Assembly (NCBI GenBank): GCA_964247055.1
Contig: OZ176051.1
Location: forward strand, 124,001 to 188,000
DNA from: Paragordius varius
Taxonomy: Eukaryota; Animalia; Nematomorpha
DNA: 64,000 bases
Direction: 5' to 3'
The notes under the pieces were generated by a model, which saw nothing but the letters and a program-made list of their open reading frames with translations, had not been told where the DNA came from and did no database searches. A program made the position numbers and the translations under genes. This document shows, in pieces, positions 1-12,400 of the stretch; the stretch's first letter is position 1, and every line of letters begins with the position of its first letter.

Positions 1-1
1 G

Positions 2-25
2 AATTTTTTAAATATTTAAAAAATT
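2..25. other. 24 bp perfect AT palindrome aattttttaaatatttaaaaaatt, present once per monomer (first copy shown)
   Basis: It equals its own reverse complement and is intact in the large majority of monomers. Confidence 0.95.
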
Positions 26-2192
26 TATTTTATACGATTTTAAAAATAAAAATGGCTACCTACAAATTTGATCAGGTGATGTCACCATAATTTTTTTTGG
101 GTAGCCCTATGGTAGTTCCATCATCACCCCAAATATTTTCGAGATCGGAGTATAAATGTAATTTTTATGAATTTTTTAAATATTTAAAAAATTTATTTTA
201 TACGATTTTAAAAATAAAAATGGCTACCTACAAATTTGATCAGGTGATGTCACCATAATTTTTTTTGGTTAGCCCTATGGTAGTTCCATCATCACCCCAA
301 ATATTTTCGAGATCGGAGTATAAATGTAATTTTTATGAATTTTTTAAATATTTAAAAAATTTATTTTATACGATTTAAAAAATAAAAATGGCTACCTAAA
401 ATCCAAATTTGATCAGGTGATGTCGCCATAATTTTTTTTGGGTAGCCCTATAGTAGTTCCATCATCACCCCAAATATTGTCGAGATCGGAGTATAAATGT
501 AATTTTTATGAATTTTTTAAATATTTAAAAAATTTATTTTATACGATTTTAAAAATAAAAATGGCTACCTACAAATTTGATCAGGTGATGTCACCATAAT
601 TTTTTTTGTGTAGCCCTATGGTAGTTCCATCATCACCCCAAATATTTTCGAGATCGGAGTATAAATGTAATTTTTATGAATTTTTTAAATATTTAAAAAA
701 TTTATTTTATACGATTTTAAAAATAAAAATGGCTACCTACAAATTTGATCAGGTGATGTCACCATAATTTTTTTTGGGTAGCCCTATGGTAGTTCCATCA
801 TCACCCCAAATATGAATTTTTTAAATATTTAAAAAATTTATTTTATACGATTTTAAAAATAAAAATGGCTACCTAAAATCCAAATTTGATCAGGTGATGT
901 CACCATAATTTTTTTTGGGTAGCCCTATGGTAGTTCCATCATCACCCCAAATATTGTCGAGATCGGAGTATAAATGTAATTTTTTTGAATTTTTTAAATA
1001 TTTAAAAAATTTATTTTATACGATTTTAAAAATAAAAATGGCTACCTAAAATCCAAATTTGATCGGGTGATGTCGCCATAATTTTTTTTGCGTAGCCCTA
1101 TGGTAGTTTCATCATCACCCCAAATATTTTGGGGATCGGACTATAAATGTAATTTTTATGAATTTTTTAAATATTTAAAAAATTAATTTTATACGATTTT
1201 AAAAATAAAAATGGCTACCTAAAATCCAAATTTGATCAGGTGATGTCACCATATTTTTTTTTGGGTAGCCCTATGGTAGTTCCATCATCACCCCAAATAT
1301 TGTCGAGATCGGAGTATAAATGTAATTTTTTTGAATTTTTTAAATATTTAAAAAATTTATTTTATACGATTTTAAAAATAAAAATGGCTACCTAAAATCC
1401 AAATTTGATCAGGTGATGTCGCCATAATTTTTTTTGGGTAGCCCTATAGTAGTTCCATCATCACCCCAAATATTTTCGAGATCGGAGTATAAATGTAATT
1501 TTTATGAATTTTTTAAATATTTAAAAAATTTATTTTATACGATTTTAAAAATAAAAATGGCTACCTAAAATCCAAATTTGATCAGGTGATGACGCCATAA
1601 TTTTTTTTGGGTAGCCCTATGGTAGTTCCATCACCCCAAATATTTTCGAGATCGGAGTATAAATGTAATTTTTATGAATTTTTTAAATATTTAAAAAATT
1701 TATTTTATACGATTTTAAAAATAAAAATGGCTACCTAAAATCCAAATTTGATCAGGTGATGTCACCATAATTTTTTTGTATAGCCCTATGGTAGTTCCAT
1801 CATCACCCCAAATATTTTCGAGATCGGAGTATAAATGTAATTTTTATGAATTTTTTAAATATTTAAAAAATTTATTTTATACGATTTTAAAAATAAAAAT
1901 GGCTACCTAAAATCCAAATTTGATCAGGTGATGTCGCCATAATTTTTTTTGGGTAGCCCTATAGTAGTTCCATCATCACCCCAAATATTTTCGAGATCGG
2001 AGTATAAATGTAATTTTTATGAATTTTTTGAATATTTAAAAAATTTATTTTATACGATTTTAAAAATAAAAATGGCTACCTAAAATCCAAATTTGATCAG
2101 GTGATGTCACCATAATTTCTTTTGGGTAGCCCTATGGTAGTTCCATCATCACCCCAATATTGTCGAGATCGGAGTTTTGATGTAATTTTTTT

Positions 2193-2365
2193 GAATTTTT
2201 TAAATATTTAAAAAATTTATTTTATACGATTTTAAAAATAAAAATGGCTACCTAAAATCCAAATTTGATCAGGTGATGTCACCATAATTTTTTTTGGGTA
2301 GCCCTATGGTAGTTCCATCATCACCCCAAATATTTTCGAGATCGGAGTATAAATGTAATTTTTAT
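2193..2365 (+). repeat. Exemplar consensus monomer (173 bp; acc / tttcga subtype)
   Basis: Runs from gaatttttt at 2193 to tttttat at 2365, and the next gaatt starts at 2366. It carries one BclI site (tgatca), two GATC, one TaqI site and three DraI sites. Confidence 0.97.
2246..2303. other. 12 bp inverted repeat ggctacctaaaa (2246-2257) / ttttgggtagcc (2292-2303) enclosing caaatttg, tgatca and the ggtga-tg-tcacc hairpin; present per monomer
   Basis: 11 of 12 bases are complementary between the arms; the internal short palindromes are read directly from the sequence. Confidence 0.9.
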
Positions 2366-2418
2366 GAATTTTTTAAATATTTAAAAAATTTATTTTATAC
2401 GATTTTAAAAATAAAAAT
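2348..2418. other. 71 bp AT-rich segment spanning the monomer junction (4 G/C in 71 bp), built of A/T tracts; present per monomer
   Basis: Counted directly from tataaatg to taaaaat; the remaining 102 bp hold 41 G/C. Confidence 0.9.
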
Positions 2419-3735
2419 GGCTACCTAAAATCCAAATTTGATCAGGTGATGTCACCATAATTTTTTTTGTGTAGCCCTATGGTAGTTCCATCATCACCCC
2501 AAATATTTTCGAGATCGGAGTATAAATGTAATTTTTATGAATTTTTTGAATATTTAAAAAATTTATTTTATACGATTTTAAAAATAAAAATGGCTACCTA
2601 AAATCCAAATTTGATCAGGTGATGTCACCATAATTTCTTTTGGGTAGCCCTATGGTAGTTCCATCATCACCCCAATATTGTCGAGATCGGAGTATTGATG
2701 TAATTTTTTTGAATTTTTTAAATATTTAAAAAATTTATTTTATACGATTTTAAAAATAAAAATGGCTACCTAAAATCCAAATTTGATCAGGTGATGTCGC
2801 CATAATTTTTTTTGGGTAGCCCTATAGTAGTTCCATCATCACCCCAAATATTTTCGAGATCGGAGTATAAATGTAATTTTTATGAATTTTTTAAATATTT
2901 AAAAAATTTATTTTATACGATTTTAAAAATAAAAATGGCTACCTAAAATCCAAATTTGATCAGGTGATGACGCCATAATTTTTTTTGGGTAGCCCTATGG
3001 TAGTTCCATCACCCCAAATATTTTCGAGATCGGAGTATAAATGTAATTTTTATGAATTTTTTAAATATTTAAAAAATTTATTTTATACGATTTTAAAAAT
3101 AAAAATGGCTACCTACAAATTTGATCAGGTGATGTCACCATAATTTTTTTTGGGTAGCCCTATGGTAGTTCCATCATCACCCCAAATATTTTCGAGATCG
3201 GAGTATAAATGTAATTTTTATGAATTTTTTAAATATTTAAAAAATTTATTTTATACGATTTTAAAAATAAAAATGGCTACCTAAAATCCAAATTTGATCA
3301 GGTGATGTCACCATAATTTTTTTTGTGTAGCCCTATGGTAGTTCCATCATCACCCCAAATATTTTCGAGATCGGAGTATAAATGTAATTTTTATGAATTT
3401 TTTAAATATTTAAAAAATTTATTTTATACGATTTTAAAAATAAAAATGGCTACCTACAAATTTGATCAGGTGATGTCACCATAATTTTTTTTGGGTAGCC
3501 CTATGGTAGTTCCATCATCACCCCAAATATTTTCGAGATCGGAGTATAAATGTAATTTTTATGAATTTTTTAAATATTTAAAAAATTTATTTTATACGAT
3601 TTTAAAAATAAAAATGGCTACCTAAAATCCAAATTTGATCAGGTGATGTCACCATAATTTTTTTTGGGTAGCCCTATGGTAGTTCCATCATCACCCCAAA
3701 TATTGTCGAGATCGGAGTATAAATGTAATTTTTTT

Positions 3736-6640
3736 GAATTTTTTAAATATTTAAAAAATTTATATTATACGATTTTAAAAATAAAAATGGCTACCTAAAA
3801 TCCAAATTTGATCGGGTGATGTCGCCATAATTTTTTTTGCGTAGCCCTATGGTAGTTTCATCATCACCCCAAATATTTTGGGGATCGGACTATAAATGTA
3901 ATTTTTATGAATTTTTTAAATATTTAAAAAATTAATTTTATACGATTTTAAAAATAAAAATGGCTACCTAAAATCCAAATTTGATCAGGTGATGTCACCA
4001 TATTTTTTTTTGGGTAGCCCTATGGTAGTTCCATCATCACCCCAAATATTGTCGAGATCGGAGTATAAATGTAATTTTTTTGAATTTTTTAAATATTTAA
4101 AAAATTTATTTTATACGATTTTAAAAATAAAAATGGCTACCTAAAATCCAAATTTGATCAGGTGATGTCGCCATAATTTTTTTTGGGTAGCCCTATAGTA
4201 GTTCCATCATCACCCCAAATATTTTCGAGATCGGAGTATAAATGTAATTTTTATGAATTTTTTAAATATTTAAAAAATTTATTTTATACGATTTTAAAAA
4301 TAAAAATGGCTACCTACAAATTTGATCAGGTGATGTCACCATAATTTTTTTTGGGTAGCCCTATGGTAGTTCCATCATCACCCCAAATATTTTCGAGATT
4401 TGAGTATAAATGTAATTTTTATGAATTTTTTAAATATTTAAAAAATTTATTTTATACGATTTTAAAAATAAAAATGGCTACCTAAAATCCAAATTTGATC
4501 AGGTGATGTCACCATAATTTTTTTTGGGTAGCCCTATGGTAGTTCCATCATCACCCCAAATATTGTCGAGATCGGAGTATAAATGTAATTTTTTTGAATT
4601 TTTTAAATATTTAAAAAATTTATTTTATACGATTTTAAAAATAAAAATGGCTACCTACAAATTTGATCAGGTGATGTCACCATAATTTTTTTTGTGTAGC
4701 CCTATGGTAGTTCCATCATCACCCCAAATATTTTCGAGATCGGAGTATAAATGTAATTTTTATGAATTTTTTAAATATTTAAAAAATTTATTTTATACGA
4801 TTTTAAAAATAAAAATGGCTACCTACAAATTTGATCAGGTGATGTCACCATAATTTTTTTTGTGTAGCCCTATGGTAGTTCCATCATCACCCCAAATATT
4901 TTCGAGATCGGAGTATAAATGTAATTTTTATGAATTTTTTAAATATTTAAAAAATTTATTTTATACGATTTTAAAAATAAAAATGGCTACCTACAAATTT
5001 GATCAGGTGATGTCACCATAATTTTTTTTGGGTAGCCCTATGGTAGTTCCATCATCACCCCAAATATTTTCGAGATCGGAGTATAAATGTAATTTTTATG
5101 AATTTTTTAAATATTTAAAAAATTTATTTTATACGATTTTAAAAATAAAAATGGCTACCTAAAATCCAAATTTGATCAGGTGATGTCACCATAATTTTTT
5201 TTGGGTAGCCCTATGGTAGTTCCATCATCACCCCAAATATTGTCGAGATCGGAGTATAAATGTAATTTTTTTGAATTTTTTAAATATTTAAAAAATTTAT
5301 ATTATACGATTTTAAAAATAAAAATGGCTACCTAAAATCCAAATTTGATCGGGTGATGTCGCCATAATTTTTTTTGCGTAGCCCTATGGTAGTTTCATCA
5401 TCACCCCAAATATTTTGGGGATCGGACTATAAATGTAATTTTTATGAATTTTTTAAATATTTAAAAAATTAATTTTATACGATTTTAAAAATAAAAATGG
5501 CTACCTAAAATCCAAATTTGATCAGGTGATGTCACCATATTTTTTTTTGGGTAGCCCTATGGTAGTTCCATCATCACCCCAAATATTGTCGAGATCGGAG
5601 TATAAATGTAATTTTTTTGAATTTTTTAAATATTTAAAAAATTTATTTTATACGATTTTAAAAATAAAAATGGCTACCTAAAATCCAAATTTGATCAGGT
5701 GATGTCGCCATAATTTTTTTTGGGTAGCCCTATAGTAGTTCCATCATCACCCCAAATATTTTCGAGATCGGAGTATAAATGTAATTTTTATGAATTTTTT
5801 AAATATTTAAAAAATTTATTTTATACGATTTTAAAAATAAAAATGGCTACCTACAAATTTGATCAGGTGATGTCACCATAATTTTTTTGGGTAGCCCTAT
5901 GGTAGTTCCATCATCACCCCAAATATTTTCGAGATTTGAGTATAAATGTAATTTTTATGAATTTTTTAAATATTTAAAAAATTTATTTTATACGATTTTA
6001 AAAATAAAAATGGCTACCTAAAATCCAAATTTGATCAGGTGATGTCACCATAATTTTTTTTGGGTAGCCCTATGGTAGTTCCATCATCACCCCAAATATT
6101 GTCGAGATCGGAGTATAAATGTAATTTTTTTGAATTTTTTAAATATTTAAAAAATTTATTTTATACGATTTTAAAAATAAAAATGGCTACCTACAAATTT
6201 GATCAGGTGATGTCACCATAATTTTTTTTGTGTAGCCCTATGGTAGTTCCATCATCACCCCAAATATTTTCGAGATCGGAGTATAAATGTAATTTTTATG
6301 AATTTTTTAAATATTTAAAAAATTTATTTTATACGATTTTAAAAATAAAAATGGCTACCTACAAATTTGATCAGGTGATGTCACCATAATTTTTTTTGGG
6401 TAGCCCTATGGTAGTTCCATCATCACCCCAAATATTTTCGAGATCGGAGTATAAATGTAATTTTTATGAATTTTTTAAATATTTAAAAAATTTATTTTAT
6501 ACGATTTTAAAAATAAAAATGGCTACCTAAAATCCAAATTTGATCAGGTGATGTCACCATAATTTTTTTTGGGTAGCCCTATGGTAGTTCCATCATCACC
6601 CCAAATATTGTCGAGATCGGAGTATAAATGTAATTTTTTT
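3736..6640. repeat. Tandem HOR pair: 9-mer (3736-5272) followed by an 8-mer copy (5273-6640) lacking one monomer
   Basis: gatcggg at 3810/5347/6715, gatttgag at 4397/5933 and tatattatacg at both unit starts. Confidence 0.85.
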
Positions 6641-9460
6641 GAATTTTTTAAATATTTAAAAAATTTATTTTATACGATTTTAAAAATAAAAATGGCTACC
6701 TAAAATCCAAATTTGATCGGGTGATGTCGCCATAATTTTTTTTGCGTAGCCCTATGGTAGTTTCATCATCACCCCAAATATTTTGGGGATCGGACTATAA
6801 ATGTAATTTTTATGAATTTTTTAAATATTTAAAAAATTAATTTTATACGATTTTAAAAATAAAAATGGCTACCTAAAATCCAAATTTGATCAGGTGATGT
6901 TACCATATTTTTTTTTGGGTAGCCCTATGGTAGTTCCATCATCACCCCAAATATTGTCGAGATCGGAGTATAAATGTAATTTTTTTGAATTTTTTAAATA
7001 TTTAAAAAATTTATTTTATACGATTTTAAAAATAAAAATGGCTACCTAAAATCCAAATTTGATCAGGTGATGTCGCCATAATTTTTTTTGGGTAGCCCTA
7101 TAGTAGTTCCATCATCACCCCAAATATTTTCGAGATCGGAGTATAAATGTAATTTTTATGAATTTTTTAAATATTTAAAAAATTTATTTTATACGATTTT
7201 AAAAATAAAAATGGCTACCTAAAATCCAAATTTGATCAGGTGATGACGCCATAATTTTTTTTGGGTAGCCCTATGGTAGTTCCATCACCCCAAATATTTT
7301 CGAGATCGGAGTATAAATGTAATTTTTATAAATTTTTTAAATATTTAAAAAATTTATTTTATACGATTTTAAAAATAAAAATGGCTACCTAAAATCCAAA
7401 TTTGATCAGGTGATGTCACCATAATTTTTTTGTGTAGCCCTATGGTAGTTCCATCATCACCCCAAATATTTTCGAGATCGGAGTATAAATGTAATTTTTA
7501 TGAATTTTTTAAATATTTAAAAAATTTATTTTATACGATTTTAAAAATAAAAATGGCTACCTAAAATCCAAATTTGATCAGGTGATGTCACCATAATTTT
7601 TTTTGGGTAGCCCTATGGTAGTTCCATCATCACCCTAAATATTTTCGAGATCGGAGTATAAATGTAATTTTTATGAATTTTTTGAATATTTAAAAAATTT
7701 ATTTTATACGATTTTAAAAATAAAAATGGCTACCTAAAATCCAAATTTGATCAGGTGATGTCACCATAATTTCTTTTGGGTAGCCCTATGGTAGTTCCAT
7801 CATCACCCCAATATTGTCGAGATCAGAGTATTGATGTAATTTTTTTGAATTTTTTAAATATTTAAAAAATTTATTTTATACGATTTTAAAAATAAAAATG
7901 GGTACCTAAAATCCAAATTTGATCAGGTGATGTCACCATAATTTTTTTTGGGTAGCCCTATGGTAGTTCCATCATCACCCCAAATATTTTCGAGATCGGA
8001 GTATAAATGTAATTTTTATGAATTTTTTAAATATTTAAAAAATTTATTTTATACGATTTTAAAAATAAAAATGGCTACCTAAAATCCAAATTTGATCAGG
8101 TGATGTCACCATAATTTTTTTTGTGTAGCCCTATGGTAGTTCCATCATCACCCCAAATATTTTCGAGATCGGAGTATAAATGTAATTTTTATGAATTTTT
8201 TAAATATTTAAAAAATTTATTTTATACGATTTTAAAAATAAAAATGGCTACCTAAAATCCAAATTTGATCAGGTGATGTCGCCATAATTTTTTTTGGGTA
8301 GCCCTATAGTAGTTCCATCATCACCCCAAATATTTTCGAGATCGGAGTATAAATGTAATTTTTATGAATTTTTTGAATATTTAAAAAATTTATTTTATAC
8401 GATTTTAAAAATAAAAATGGCTACCTAAAATCCAAATTTGATCAGGTGATGTCACCATAATTTCTTTTGGGTAACCCTATGGTAGTTCCATCATCACCCC
8501 AAATATTGTCGAGATCGGAGTATTGATGTAATTTTTTTGAATTTTTTAAATATTTAAAAAATTTATTTTATACGATTTTAAAAATAAAAATGGCTACCTA
8601 AAATCCAAATTTGATCAGGTGATGTCACCATATTTTTTTTTGGGTAGCCCTATGGTAGTTCCATCATCACCCCAAATATTTTCGAGATCGGAGTATAAAT
8701 GTAATTTTTATGAATTTTTTAAATATTTAAAAAATTTATTTTATACGATTTTAAAAATAAAAATGGCTACCTAAAATCCAAATTTGATCAGGTGATGTCA
8801 CCATAATTTTTTTTGGGTAGCCCTATGGTAGTTCCATCATCACCCCAAATATTTTCGAGATCGGAGTATAAATGTAATTTTTATGAATTTTTTAAATATT
8901 TAAAAAATTTATTTTATACGATTTTAAAAATAAAAATGGCTACCTAAAATCCAAATTTGATCAGGTGATGTCACCATATTTTTTTTTGGGTAGCCCTATG
9001 GTAGTTCCATCATCACCCCAAATATTTTCGAGATCGGAGTATAAATGTAATTTTTATGAATTTTTTAAATATTTAAAAAATTTATTTTATACGATTTTAA
9101 AAATAAAAATGGCTACCTAAAATCCAAATTTGATCAGGTGATGTCACCATATTTTTTTTTGGGTAGCCCTATGGTAGTTCCATCATCACCCCAAATATTT
9201 TGGGGATCGGACTATAAATGTAATTTTTATGAATTTTTTAAATATTTAAAAAATTTATTTTATACGATTTTAAAAATAAAAATGGCTACCTAGGTGATGA
9301 CGCCATAATTTTTTTTGAGAAGCCCTATGGTAGTTCCATCATCACCCCAAATATTTTCGAGATCGGAGTATAAATGTAATTTTTATGAATTTTTTAAATA
9401 TTTAAAAAATTTATTTTATACGATTTTAAAAATAAAAATGGCTACCTACAAATTTGATCA

Positions 9461-12400
9461 GGTGATGTCACCATAATTTTTTTTGGGTAGCCCTATGGTA
9501 GTTCCATCATCACCCCAAATATTTTCGAGATGGGAGTATAAATGTAATTTTTATGAATTTTTTAAATATTTAAAAAATTTATTTTATACGATTTTAAAAA
9601 TAAAAATGGCTACCTAAAATCCAAATTTGATCAGGTGATGTCGCCATAATTTTTTTTGGGTAGCTCTATAGTAGTTCCATCATCACCCCAAATATTGTCG
9701 AGATCGGAGTATAAATGTAATTTTTATGAATTTTTTAAATATTTAAAAAATTTATTTTATACGATTTTAAAAATAAAAATGGCTACCTAAAATCCAAATT
9801 TGATCAGGTGATGTCACTATAATTTTTTTTGGGTAGCCCTATGGTAGTTCCATCATCACCCCAAATATTTTCGAGATCCGAGTATAAATGTAATTTTTAT
9901 GAATTTTTTATATATTTAAAAAATTTATTTTATACGATTTTAAAAATAAAAATGGCTACCTAAAATCCAAATTTGATCAGGTGATGTCACCATAATTTTT
10001 TTTGGGTAGCCCTATGGTAGTTCCATCATCACCCCAAATATTTTCGAGATCGGAGTATAAATGTAATTTTTATGAATTTTTTAAATATTTAAAAAATTTA
10101 TTTTATACGATTTTAAAAATAAAAATGGCTACCTAAAATCCAAATTTGATCAGGTGATGTCACCATATTTTTTTTTGGGTAGCCCTATGGTAATTCCATC
10201 ATCACCCCAAATATTGTCGAGATCGGAGTATAAATGTAATTTTTTTGAATTTTTTAAATATTTAGAAAATTTATTTTATACGATTTTAAAAATAAAAATG
10301 GCTACCTAAAATCCAAATTTGATCAGGTGATGTCGCCATAATTTTTTTTTAAAGCCCTATAGTAGTTCCATCATCACCCCAAATATTTTCGAGATCGGAG
10401 TGTAAATGTATTTTATGAATTTTTTAAATATTTAAAAAATTTATTTTATACGATTTTAAAAATAAAAATGGCTACCTAAAATCCAAATTTGATCAGGTGA
10501 TGTCACTATAATTTTTTTGGGTAGCCCTATGGTAGTTCCATCATCACCCCAAATATTTTCGAGATCGGAGTATAAATGTAATTTTTATGAATTTTTTAAA
10601 TATTTAAAAAATTTATTTTATACGATTTTAAAAATAAAAATGGCTACCTAAAATCCAAATTTGATCAGGTGATGTCACCATAATTTTTTTTGGGTAGCCC
10701 TATGGTAGTTCCATCATCACCCCAAATATTGTCGAGATCGGAGTATAAATGTAATTTTTTTGAATTTTTTCAATATTTAAAAAATTTATTTTATACGATT
10801 TTAAAAATAAAAATGGCTACCTAAAATCCAAATTTGATCAGGTGATGTCGCCATAATTTTTTTTGCGTAGCCCTATGGTAGTTTCATCATCACCCCAAAT
10901 ATTTTGGGGATCGGACTAAATATGTAATTTTTATGAATTTTTTAAATATTTAAAAAATTTATTTTATACGATTTTAAAAATAAAAATGGCTACCTAAAAT
11001 CCAAATTTGATCAGGTGATGATTTTGGGTAGCCCTATGGTAGTTCCATCATCACCCCAAATATTTTCGAGATCGGAGTATAAATGTAATTTTTATGAATT
11101 TTTTAAATATTTAAAAAATTTATTTTATACGATTTTAAAAATAAAAATGGCTACCTAAAATCCAAATTTGATCAGGTGATGTCACCATAATTTTTTTTGG
11201 GTAGCCCTATGGTAGTTCCATCATCACACCAAATATTTTCGAGATCGGAGTATAAATGTAATTTTTATGAATTTTTTAAATATTTAAAAAATTTATTTTA
11301 TACGATTTTAAAAATAAAAATGGCTACCTAAAATCCAAATTTGATCAGGTGATGTCGCCATAATTTTTTTTGGGTAGCCCTATGGTAGTTCCATCATCAC
11401 CCCAAATATTTTCGAGATCGGAGTGTAAATCAAATTTTTATGAATTTTTTAAATATTTAAAAAATTTATTTTATACGATTTTAAAAATAAAAATGGCTAC
11501 CTATCCAAATTTGATCAGGTGATGTCGCCATATATTATTTTTGGGTAGCCCTATGGTAGTTCCATCATCACCCTAAATATTTTGGGGATCGGACTATAAA
11601 TGTAATTTTTATGAATTTTTTAAATATTTAAAAAATTTATTTTAGACGATTTTAAAAATAAAAATGGCTATCTAAAATCCAAATTTGATCAGGTGATGTC
11701 ACCATAATTTTTTTTGGGTAGCCCTATGGTAGTTCCATCATCACCCCAAATATTGTCGAGATCGGAGTATAAATGTAATTTTTTTGAATTTTTTAAATAT
11801 TTAAAAAATTTATTTTATACGATTTTAAAAATGAAAATGGCTACCTAAAATCCAAATTTGATCAGGTCATGTCGCCATAATTTTTTTTGCGTAGCCCTAT
11901 GGTAGTTCTATCATCACCCCAAATATTTTGGGGATCGGACTATAAATGTAATTTTTATGAATTTTTTAAATATTTAAAAAATTTATTTTATACGATTTTA
12001 AAAATAAAAATGGCTACCTAAAATCCAAATTTGATCAGGTGATGTCGCCATAATTTTTTTGGGTAGCCCTATGGTAGTTCCATCATCACCTCAAATATTT
12101 TGGGGATCGGACTATAAATGTAATTTTTATGAATTTTTTAAATATTTAAAAAATTTATTTTATTCGATTTTAAAAATAAAAATGGCTACCTAAAATCCAA
12201 ATTTGATCAGGTGATGTCACCATAATTTTTTTTGGGTAGGCCTATGGTAGTTCCATCATCATCCCAAATATTTTCGAGATCGGAGTATAAATGTAATTTT
12301 TATGAATTTTTTAAATATTTAAAAAATTTATTTTATACGATTTTAAAAATAAAAATGGCTACCTAAAATCCAAATTTGATCAGGTGATGTCGCCATAATT

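Larger units (their letters stand above)
1..9460. repeat. Array domain A: monomers with 5 bp deletion (ctacctacaaattt), gtgtagcc and atttcttttggg variants; ttttgggg subtype rare
   Basis: I counted 14 copies of the 5 bp deletion between about 56 and 9450 and saw none later. Only five ttttggggatcggact monomers occur before 10.8 kb. Confidence 0.8.

Noticed and set aside
52-90. ORF starting at aaaATGgct downstream of a tataaa motif
   Set aside because: The consensus gives ATG GCT ACC TAA (3 codons); the 5 bp deletion variant gives only MATYKFDQVMSP*. Stop codons are dense on both strands, and TATA- and AATAAA-like words are expected in 74% AT DNA.
2272-2283. Selection on the ggtga-tg-tcacc hairpin (compensatory change)
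   Set aside because: The ggaga and tctcc variants would compensate each other, but I only saw them in separate monomers. The two 12 bp deletions remove the stem arm and one of them amplified freely.
2246-2303. MITE or transposon origin from the 12 bp inverted repeat
   Set aside because: There is no target-site duplication, no recognisable superfamily terminus and no coding remnant. It cannot be supported without a repeat-library search.
2334-2350. CENP-B box resemblance (ttcg...cgg)
   Set aside because: The canonical TTCGnnnnAnnCGGG spacing is not met; only 4 bases separate ttcg and cgg, and the A and final G do not match.
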